In this document: positions 5,950 to 11,729 of the stretch, piece by piece | Layout: the number at the start of each line of letters is the position of its first letter | How positions within the stretch are numbered: the first letter of the stretch is position 1 | Translations under genes and position numbers: made by a program | DNA from: a virus | DNA: 12,178 nucleotides | Virus record (IMG/VR): IMGVR_UViG_3300022538_000930 | Direction: 5' to 3' (one strand) | Notes under the pieces: model-generated | The model's database searches: none | The model's input: only the letters and a program-made list of their open reading frames with translations | What the model was told of the DNA's origin: nothing

Positions 5950-6980
5950 TGCCAAAGAAAAAAGAGGAAGAAGAAGAGAAAAAGAAAAGATTTAGAATGA
6001 TAAAAACAACAACACCCGGGGGAATTAGACCGACGAGATTTGGAATTGGCGGTAGAGAAGTTTCACCAGAAGAATTTAAAAGCCGTCAGCAAGAAGCCAG
6101 AATATTAGCAGCAGGCGGCCATAAAGCCAGAACAACAGCGGAGTTAATACGAGCGGGATTACTCCCTGGGGAAGCGCCCATTGAAGGAGGGGTAGCCCCA
6201 GAAGAAGTTCCTGCCGAAGTCTCGCCAGAGGAAGCAAGAGCAGATGAAAGCTTTAGAGTTGCAATAAATAGAGAGAGAGAAAGGCAAGGAAGAGCACCAA
6301 TCACCGACGAGGAATTTGCGGCGGAAGTTGAGAGGCGAAAGCCATTTGAGACTATTGGCGGAACATTAGGGGGTTTTGTAGAAACCCTAAAAGAAGACCC
6401 TTTAAAAATAGTTGAAGACATTCCTCTTGCGTTAGGTATGGGTGCAATCCCGACTGCAATAGGTTCTTCTGTTATGGCAACTCCCGGAGCCACAGCCCAA
6501 GCATTAGTAGGCTTAACTTCTGAATTAGGGAGATGGACAAAAATTATAGCAGGGGGAGCTATAATTGGATTATTAACTGCAAGCGCCAAGAGAATGGAGT
6601 CACAAGTTTCTAAGGCTGGAGAATCATTAACAAAACTCGCTGAGAGTGTGGTATTAGGATTTTACTTAGATGATGATGGGAATATTGCCGAGTACACTGA
6701 GGAGATGGGTTTAAGAGCAGTAGATGAAATTGAAGCTGGACTTAATGAAGCAGAAAGCGAATTAAAGCGAGGTTCAATTGGGAACTCTGCCCTAAAAATT
6801 TCAGGATTTTACAAGAACGCAGTAGGTGAAATAGAAAAACAAAGGAAAGAAATAACTGTCGCAAGGGGAAAGATAGTAGCCGTGCAGTTAAATCCGAGTG
6901 AGGAATTACTTAAGAAGAGGGCAGCATTTAGATCTTTAGAGTTCTTAGAGCAGCTTAAAAAACTGGGAGAATTGAAATGA
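5949..6980 (+). CDS. 343-aa protein with a K/E-rich N-terminus, Gly/Ala-rich hydrophobic core and coiled-coil C-terminus (possible internal/ejection or minor head protein)
   Basis: ATG 5949 overlaps the portal stop (TAATG), with aggag upstream. The N-terminus is MPKKKEEEEEKKKRF. The hydrophobic stretches are LALGMGAIPTAIGSSVMATPGATAQALVGL and IIAGGAIIGLLTASA. The 5796 extension in the track overlaps the portal and is rejected. Confidence 0.7.
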   Translation: MPKKKEEEEEKKKRFRMIKTTTPGGIRPTRFGIGGREVSPEEFKSRQQEARILAAGGHKARTTAELIRAGLLPGEAPIEGGVAPEEVPAEVSPEEARADESFRVAINRERERQGRAPITDEEFAAEVERRKPFETIGGTLGGFVETLKEDPLKIVEDIPLALGMGAIPTAIGSSVMATPGATAQALVGLTSELGRWTKIIAGGAIIGLLTASAKRMESQVSKAGESLTKLAESVVLGFYLDDDGNIAEYTEEMGLRAVDEIEAGLNEAESELKRGSIGNSALKISGFYKNAVGEIEKQRKEITVARGKIVAVQLNPSEELLKKRAAFRSLEFLEQLKKLGELK

Positions 6981-7150
6981 AAAATAAAATAGACTGGAGA
7001 ATTGTAGTTACAGGAATGATTTGCATAACTGTAATTGAATTGTTTGCTCTTTCTGAAGGTATGAACGGAGTTCTGCTTACAATTGTGATTGGCATAATTG
7101 CAGCTGCATGCGGTATTGCAGTCCCAAAGCATAAAGTTTATAAAGAGTGA
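6977..7150 (+). CDS. 57-aa two-TM membrane mini-protein
   Basis: Hand translation gives MKNKIDWRIVVTGMICITVIELFALSEGMNGVLLTIVIGIIAAACGIAVPKHKVYKE*. It has an ATGA overlap with the upstream stop. It is below the ORF-track cutoff. Confidence 0.55.
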   Translation: MKNKIDWRIVVTGMICITVIELFALSEGMNGVLLTIVIGIIAAACGIAVPKHKVYKE

Positions 7151-7165
7151 GTGAGTGTATATTCT
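7123..7165 (+). promoter_or_regulatory. BRE/TATA promoter (tttataaa at 7137-7144) plus conserved spacer; paralogue of the promoter at 11355-11397
   Basis: The TATA box is 29 nt upstream of ATG 7166. The 21-nt spacer gagtgagtgagtgtatattct matches gtgtgagtgattgtttattgt at 17/21 positions. The upstream 14 nt match at 10/14. Confidence 0.6.
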
Positions 7166-7486
7166 ATGGAAGACGAAAAAGCCAAGTCAGAAGTAGACAA
7201 AGCTGCGGAAGATGAACAACCTGCAGATGAAACTTCTGACGACAAAACAGCTCAAGAGGACGCCTCGAAAGAGGCCTCTTCTACTTCTATGATTGATGCT
7301 GCAACTCAGGCAGCAGAGAGGCTTGAGAAAGTCAACGAAGCTCTTTCTAAGAACCTTGACAGGCAGGAGAAGCTTGATGCCCGAAGAATGTTAGGCGGAA
7401 GAGCAGAAGCAGGGCAGGAAGTTAAGCCAAAGACCCGGGAAGAGAAAGATCAGGAAGTTGCTGATAGCTGGATGAAGGAGGAGTAA
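7166..7486 (+). CDS. 106-aa highly acidic, helical protein; scaffolding-protein candidate
   Basis: The N-terminal stretch is MEDEKAKSEVDKAAEDEQPADETSDDKTAQEDASKE and the central stretch is AAERLEKVNEALSKNLDRQEKLDARR. It is low-complexity and acidic with coiled-coil character, and lies upstream of the capsid genes. Start chosen at ATG 7166 by the promoter spacing rule, whereas the track uses GTG 7151. Confidence 0.5.
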   Translation: MEDEKAKSEVDKAAEDEQPADETSDDKTAQEDASKEASSTSMIDAATQAAERLEKVNEALSKNLDRQEKLDARRMLGGRAEAGQEVKPKTREEKDQEVADSWMKEE

Positions 7487-8085
7487 TGTCAAGCTTAATT
7501 TTTGGAACAAGAGGGGCTTATCATATGTCTGAACTTTTTAAAACATTTGCACAGGCACAGATGTTCACTTGGAAACGGAAAAATCTGAATGTTTGTGAAT
7601 GCGGGCAGGAAAAGAAAGGACATAAAAAAGGGAAGAAGTATATTAAAATGATTTCTAAGGATTTTGTTAAATTTATCAGCAAAGATGAAAAAATATTATG
7701 CCGAAGATGTATTAAAAAGGAATTAGTATGCAACAAATTTAAACCCCGGGAAGAGCTGACGTCTGTTCAGGCATCACTCCGCCCTATTCAGTTATGGGAA
7801 TATGTTTTTCCCGACGAGAGCATGGCAGATGTATTTTCTGCATTAGGTTTAACTGCAGAGGACGGAAAGCCTGAAGCTACAAAGCACTGGCCTCTTTCTA
7901 AAACTAAAATGTGGGCGCTGAGAAAAGCCTTAAAGTGTGAACCAATCCCTGATGTCAAATGGCAGAGACCCCAGAGATTTATTATGCATACGGGGATTTC
8001 ACTATACCCGATTGGAATAAGAAGAGATGAAAGGGGAGAGATGTCAGCACCGGGAGAAGGACACTGGCAGCAGGAATTAATATGA
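7486..8085 (+). CDS. 199-aa zinc-ribbon-containing hypothetical protein
   Basis: The SD aaggaggag lies upstream, and there is a TAATG overlap. The zinc-ribbon segment is CECGQEKKGHKKGKKYIKMISKDFVKFISKDEKILCRRC. The C-terminal ~110 aa have no recognisable motif. Confidence 0.7.
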   Translation: MSSLIFGTRGAYHMSELFKTFAQAQMFTWKRKNLNVCECGQEKKGHKKGKKYIKMISKDFVKFISKDEKILCRRCIKKELVCNKFKPREELTSVQASLRPIQLWEYVFPDESMADVFSALGLTAEDGKPEATKHWPLSKTKMWALRKALKCEPIPDVKWQRPQRFIMHTGISLYPIGIRRDERGEMSAPGEGHWQQELI

Positions 8086-8348
8086 GGTTTTTGAGAAGAG
8101 GGTCCGCCAACTGGAAGAGAAAAATAAAGCAGCTGCCAGCTGCTACTATTATTATGCTTATTATTGGATTAGTAGTGGGCGGTGTAAGTGCGTATGGAAT
8201 GGGCTTTTATGATGGGGTGAAATGGTCTGTTAATTTTGCTATCACTTATTTAGATCTTAATGTTGATGCAGAAACAATAACAGCAGGATTAATAATATAT
8301 GGAAAGCACATAGATCCTTCAATGGTGGGGGCTAATATTACAGAATGA
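8082..8348 (+). CDS. 88-aa N-terminally anchored membrane protein
   Basis: ATGA overlap with the upstream ORF. A basic N-terminus, RRGSANWKRKIKQ, is followed by the TM segment LPAATIIMLIIGLVVGGVSAYGMGF. Confidence 0.6.
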   Translation: MRFLRRGSANWKRKIKQLPAATIIMLIIGLVVGGVSAYGMGFYDGVKWSVNFAITYLDLNVDAETITAGLIIYGKHIDPSMVGANITE

Positions 8349-8638
8349 AAATAATAGAATTACTTGCAGAAGTAAAAATAAGATTATCAATAGGGCAGCA
8401 GTGGTTTTATGAGCTTAGAAACGCAGTTTTGATCGGCGCGGGTTTGAAAGTTCTCCTTGATTTATCTTTAAAGAATGCTATAATCCTTACAGCTTTTATT
8501 TTAATGGGTTTCTTTGTCGTCGGTGCACTTGATTTAGACTGGCTTAGGCTCGCTCAAAAGATGGCAGAATTAACAACCTCCAAATATAATCCTCATTTGA
8601 ATAAAATTAGCCGTTTAGTGAAGAACAGAAAGATTTAA
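8345..8638 (+). CDS. 97-aa membrane protein (one to two TM segments, basic C-terminus)
   Basis: ATGA overlap with the upstream ORF. Hydrophobic segments are AVLIGAGLKVLL and AIILTAFILMGFFVVGAL. The architecture is holin-like, but no homology is claimed. Confidence 0.6.
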   Translation: MKIIELLAEVKIRLSIGQQWFYELRNAVLIGAGLKVLLDLSLKNAIILTAFILMGFFVVGALDLDWLRLAQKMAELTTSKYNPHLNKISRLVKNRKI

Positions 8639-8662
8639 ATATAAGGTATACCCCGGTATACC
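8634..8662 (+). promoter_or_regulatory. Capsid-operon promoter: TATA tttaaata (8634-8641) plus two tandem GGTATACC palindromes (8645-8652, 8655-8662)
   Basis: cagaaaga-tttaaata lies 29 nt upstream of ATG 8663. The spacer taaggtataccccggtatacc holds two copies of a self-complementary 8-mer spaced 10 bp apart, abutting the start codon. Confidence 0.65.
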
Positions 8663-9079
8663 ATGGCTATTGCCGCACTTCAACCAATCAAAGTTTTTCT
8701 TAGGGGAGCTCAGAATGACGGGGAACCTCTGACCTGGTCCTGCGCATCCGGAACAGCGATTGCCAAGTGGACTTCTTTAAAATTTGCAGACGGAAGGATA
8801 GTTTCAGAATCTGGAGCTGCAGGAGATTTCTTTGCAGGATTTGCAGCTGCAGATAAAGACGGCACAGACCACTCTACTCAAATCGCAGTAATTCAAAACT
8901 CAGTTATGAATGTTGTTTGTTCACTCGGCTGCCTTGCAGGAGACCTTTTGGCAACAGCTTCACCATCAGGCACTTTCGCACCAGTAATTAATAATACTTC
9001 TTCGCAGGCAGTTATTGCAGGGGTTGCTATGGATAGTGTTGGCGCTGGTGAAAGAGTAAATATGAGGGAAAATCTATAA
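8663..9079 (+). CDS. 138-aa head decoration / capsid cement-like protein (DUF2190-like pattern)
   Basis: The gene lies immediately upstream of the MCP gene. It is Gly/Ala/Val-rich with a beta pattern: FAGFAAADKDGTD..IAVIQNSVMNVV..LAGDLLATASPSGTFAPV..VIAGVAMDSVGAGERVNM. This is typical of small decoration proteins encoded before HK97-type MCPs, a by-eye call. Confidence 0.45.
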   Translation: MAIAALQPIKVFLRGAQNDGEPLTWSCASGTAIAKWTSLKFADGRIVSESGAAGDFFAGFAAADKDGTDHSTQIAVIQNSVMNVVCSLGCLAGDLLATASPSGTFAPVINNTSSQAVIAGVAMDSVGAGERVNMRENL

Positions 9080-9080
9080 A

Positions 9081-9977
9081 ATGGCAACTGGAAGCGCGGG
9101 TTCAGTATGGGCTGGTGATGTTGAGGTAGGCGGAACTGAGCTACGAAAGGAAGTTGTTGATATTGTTATTAAAGGACGAGCAGACCCAACTTATAAGTGG
9201 AAGCAAGCTGTTGCTATTTCTAAAACAAATGCTAATAAAAATACATTCTGGCGGGAAGACCCTGACTCTTTGGATGAGCCAGCAGGCGGGTCAATTAAGG
9301 GAATTCCAAGAGGTGGAGATTTCCCTCAGGGAACTGTTCAGTGGGAAGAACACACTGCGGTCCTGCAGAAATACGGCTTCCGTGACTTTGTTTTCTGGGA
9401 AGATATCAGAACAAATGATATTAATGTTATGAAGAGGACAATCTATAAGATTACTGATAAGACTATTAAAACGGTTGATGAGGAGATTAAAGATATTCTA
9501 TCAGAGGGGGGAACTCCGGTTGATATTCAAAGCGTGACAATAACAGGCTCACGAAGATGGGCAGCTTCAAGTGCAGCTATCATGGATGATATGATGCATG
9601 CCAAGCAGTTGATTGGTGAAAAGGATTATGATACTTCAAACCTTATGATGTTTATCAGTGAACAAGACCATAGAAACATGGTGAACTATATTTATGAAAA
9701 GGGAGCACAAGCGCCTTCTTTCGGCACTGAAGTGGCTAAGAATGGACGTGTGGGGGGTTTAGCAGGCATTAAGAATATAGTAGTAACAAACTCATTAAAA
9801 AACGCATCCTTTGCTCTTGTTGTAGTTCCAAAAGTATGTGGAACATGGAAAGAGAACTTTGCTCTCTCATCAGATTTAACAAGTGAACCTTTCAAGGGAA
9901 CAAGGGTGACAGTCTGCGAAGTTGGAGTCACACAACTGACAGACCCTAAAGCAATTTGCATGATTAAAGACACTTAG
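9081..9977 (+). CDS. Major capsid protein, HK97-fold-like (298 aa)
   Basis: Size and synteny fit (scaffold-like, then decoration-like, then this gene). The long helix RTIYKITDKTIKTVDEEIKDIL is spine-helix-like. The C-terminal beta-rich core is GGLAGIKNIVVTNSL...ALVVVPKVCGTWKENFAL...GTRVTVCEVGVTQ. Confidence 0.65.
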   Translation: MATGSAGSVWAGDVEVGGTELRKEVVDIVIKGRADPTYKWKQAVAISKTNANKNTFWREDPDSLDEPAGGSIKGIPRGGDFPQGTVQWEEHTAVLQKYGFRDFVFWEDIRTNDINVMKRTIYKITDKTIKTVDEEIKDILSEGGTPVDIQSVTITGSRRWAASSAAIMDDMMHAKQLIGEKDYDTSNLMMFISEQDHRNMVNYIYEKGAQAPSFGTEVAKNGRVGGLAGIKNIVVTNSLKNASFALVVVPKVCGTWKENFALSSDLTSEPFKGTRVTVCEVGVTQLTDPKAICMIKDT

Positions 9978-9982
9978 AAAGT

Positions 9983-9990
9983 TTTAAATA
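9983..9990 (+). promoter_or_regulatory. TATA box (tttaaata) for ORF 10012
   Basis: tagaaag-t-tttaaata lies 29 nt upstream of ATG 10012. The spacer is pyrimidine/T-rich. Confidence 0.6.
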
Positions 9991-10011
9991 TCTTCTTTCT
10001 TTATTATTTCT

Positions 10012-11064
10012 ATGGCAGGTTGGACTTGTCCGGATAAATACTGGAACATTTGGAAAGGCGGATTAAAAGCTGATGAGTTGAAAATAGAGAATGATATTAT
10101 TGGGGGCTATTTTGCAACAACAGATGTTCAACCATTCACTAACAAGCCGATTGCTCTTTTTGTAGAAGATGGAGTTACTCCAGAGCAGACTGTTTTAAGC
10201 ACAGTAAATAAAGGAATAGCAATTCAAGCAGATGGGGCAGCTTATTATTCTGCGAGAGATGTGACAAATGACATAGAGTTTGTTATGGGTACTTCAAATC
10301 AAGGAGTAGGTTTCTTCTCTACTATGACAGACCACAGGATAGAAATAAGACCAAATAACCAACCCGTCCATAGATTTGAAACAGGGAAATACGTCGGGGC
10401 CTATAATGGTGTTAGCACTTTGGGCCCTCATTCCCTTGTGAAATTAGGTTGTGCAATAAATACTGGAAACATTGCAATCGGAATGAGGGGAAGCGATACA
10501 TCATTTCAGTATTACATGTTCGGAAGTGCAACAGACAGTTACATTGGGGGATTAAGGTATGATTGCTCAACAGACACCATGGATATACAGGTTGCTAATG
10601 CTGCACAATGCACAATCTCAGCCACAACCTTTGACTTTAAAGACAATGAACTACACAATGAAAAATTTAAAATCACAAATACAGGAGCATATTGCATCAA
10701 GCTCACAAATAAAACAGGAAGTAATACCGTCGCTGGGCAAATAGTGAAGACCTTGGCAGGAGTGGGGAATCCAGATGATGCAGTTGCATTGGCAGGAGTG
10801 AGTGAGTTGCATCCAATCGGAGTGTTCTTAGAATCTGGTGTTACTGATGGCAGTGAAGCTTGGATTGTTGTTTCTGGTATTGTCAATGTTCTTGTTGACG
10901 CTGGGGGTTGTGCCAGAGGGGATAGATTAATCACAGGGGCAATAGGAGGATTCGCAACAGTAAATAATGCCCCGTCGGTTGCGGTTCATTTTCAAGAGAT
11001 AGGACACTGCATAGAAACAAGAGCAGGCGCGGGATTAGCAAGAGCAGTATTACATTTCAATTAG
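10012..11064 (+). CDS. 350-aa structural protein with an N-terminal beta-rich region and a C-terminal decoration-protein-like domain (possible capsid-anchored fibre/adhesin)
   Basis: ORF track, with its own promoter. The C-terminal ~110 aa align by eye with the 8663-9079 product. VTDGSEAWIVVSGIVNVLVDAGGCARGDRLITGAIGGFATVNNAPSVAV pairs with DKDGTDHSTQIAVIQNSVMNVVCSLGCLAGDLLATASPSGTFAPVINNTSSQAV. Confidence 0.7.
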   Translation: MAGWTCPDKYWNIWKGGLKADELKIENDIIGGYFATTDVQPFTNKPIALFVEDGVTPEQTVLSTVNKGIAIQADGAAYYSARDVTNDIEFVMGTSNQGVGFFSTMTDHRIEIRPNNQPVHRFETGKYVGAYNGVSTLGPHSLVKLGCAINTGNIAIGMRGSDTSFQYYMFGSATDSYIGGLRYDCSTDTMDIQVANAAQCTISATTFDFKDNELHNEKFKITNTGAYCIKLTNKTGSNTVAGQIVKTLAGVGNPDDAVALAGVSELHPIGVFLESGVTDGSEAWIVVSGIVNVLVDAGGCARGDRLITGAIGGFATVNNAPSVAVHFQEIGHCIETRAGAGLARAVLHFN

Positions 11065-11065
11065 A

Positions 11066-11073
11066 TTTATAAA
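11066..11073 (+). promoter_or_regulatory. Weak TATA-like box (tttataaa) after the 350-aa gene
   Basis: It matches the TATA at 7137, but no ATG lies 27-30 nt downstream. A transcript would start near 11095 and carry the G6/C6 hairpin as a leader to ATG 11153. Confidence 0.25.
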
Positions 11074-11124
11074 GTTTGATTTCTTAGATAACATACTCGT
11101 GGCGTATTGCGTTGGCTACGGATA

Positions 11125-11144
11125 GGGGGGTGCGCAAACCCCCC
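11125..11144. other. GC hairpin gggggg-tgcgcaaa-cccccc
   Basis: A perfect 6-bp G:C stem with an 8-nt loop sits in an otherwise AT-rich intergenic region, 8 nt upstream of ATG 11153. Confidence 0.6.
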
Positions 11145-11152
11145 ACGTTATT

Positions 11153-11302
11153 ATGGCAAGAGAAATAGACAATCACAAAAAGGCAGACTTGGAGAAAGTT
11201 TTATGTGATAATTATACATGCGTTCTCCGAGGAGATATTGCAAGATGCTATCTTCATATCTATGTAGAATGCCAGAAATATCACAAGCGCCCCAGAAAGT
11301 AA
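11153..11302 (+). CDS. 49-aa Cys/His-containing mini-protein
   Basis: Hand translation gives MAREIDNHKKADLEKVLCDNYTCVLRGDIARCYLHIYVECQKYHKRPRK*. It has 4 Cys and 3 His and a basic tail. It is below the ORF-track cutoff, and coding status is uncertain. Confidence 0.35.
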   Translation: MAREIDNHKKADLEKVLCDNYTCVLRGDIARCYLHIYVECQKYHKRPRK

Positions 11303-11356
11303 TATTTATACTATTTATACTATTTATACTATTTATACTATTTATACTATTTTACC
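11303..11356. repeat. 9-bp tandem repeat tatttatac x5 perfect plus one degenerate copy
   Basis: Perfect copies lie at 11303, 11312, 11321, 11330 and 11339, and tattttacc follows at 11348. The array sits between the 49-aa ORF stop and the mini-ORF operon promoter. Confidence 0.9.
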
Positions 11357-11397
11357 AAAAGCGAAAGGTTTAAATAGTGTGAGTGATTGTTTATTGT
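11355..11397 (+). promoter_or_regulatory. Promoter of the mini-ORF operon (TATA tttaaata at 11369-11376); paralogue of 7123-7165
   Basis: gcgaaagg-tttaaata lies 29 nt upstream of ATG 11398. About 80% identity to the 7123-7165 promoter over 43 nt. Confidence 0.65.
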
Positions 11398-11574
11398 ATG
11401 GCTGAAAAAGAATTTGTTTTAAGTGAGAAATTATTTATTAAGCTGTTGAAAGAAGAATTTTGCACGGGAAAAGAATATGATACAACAATTAAGGAATTTT
11501 GTTCTAAAGGAGACCATTTTTATTGCGAGAATTGTGAGAAAATAGATAAATTAGCAGGGGGTTTGAGTGGATGA
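11398..11574 (+). CDS. 58-aa Cys-containing mini-protein (first gene of the mini-ORF operon)
   Basis: The sequence is MAEKEFVLSEKLFIKLLKEEFCTGKEYDTTIKEFCSKGDHFYCENCEKIDKLAGGLSG. Start set at ATG 11398 by promoter spacing, whereas the track uses GTG 11383. It has C..C..CxxC spacing. Confidence 0.6.
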   Translation: MAEKEFVLSEKLFIKLLKEEFCTGKEYDTTIKEFCSKGDHFYCENCEKIDKLAGGLSG

Positions 11575-11729
11575 AAATAAAACTAACACGTGAAGATTTT
11601 AAAAGTTTCATAGAGCAGGTTAAGGAAACGCAGAGAAAGAGAATGTATGCGCAGCTATTTGATAATATACTTTTAGCGTCGCTGTTGAAAGAAATTAAAA
11701 AGTTTCCGAAAGCAAAGGTGAAGAAATGA
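11571..11729 (+). CDS. 52-aa helical mini-protein (possibly RHH-like)
   Basis: Hand translation gives MKIKLTREDFKSFIEQVKETQRKRMYAQLFDNILLASLLKEIKKFPKAKVKK*. It has ATGA overlaps at both ends. Confidence 0.5.
   Translation: MKIKLTREDFKSFIEQVKETQRKRMYAQLFDNILLASLLKEIKKFPKAKVKK

Noticed and set aside
6086-6589. The 167-aa minus-strand ORF antisense to 5949-6980
   Set aside because: It is a shadow ORF in the locally GC-rich region. It has low-complexity Ala/Pro/Ser composition, no promoter or SD, and the sense strand carries a coherent gene in operon context.
7262-7275. The hairpin gcctc-gaaa-gaggc inside the scaffold-like gene, nearly identical to the terminator hairpin at 1067-1080
   Set aside because: A 13/14 match between two 14-mers is expected several times by chance in a 12-kb sequence. 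The second copy is inside a coding region and lacks a following T-tract.
10915-10923. The RGD tripeptide in the 350-aa protein (CARGDRL)
   Set aside because: A three-residue motif is expected by chance, and integrin-type recognition has no evident relevance for a prokaryotic host.
6809-10934. Other nested track ORFs (530-718, 6809-7132, 7521-7736, 8893-9087, 9154-9432, 9692-9973, 10539-10934, 10559-10744)
   Set aside because: They overlap better-supported genes on the same or the opposite strand and have no independent signals.
11303-11356. The tandem 9-bp repeat as a CRISPR-like array
   Set aside because: The units are contiguous with no spacers and are far too short. It is a simple tandem repeat.
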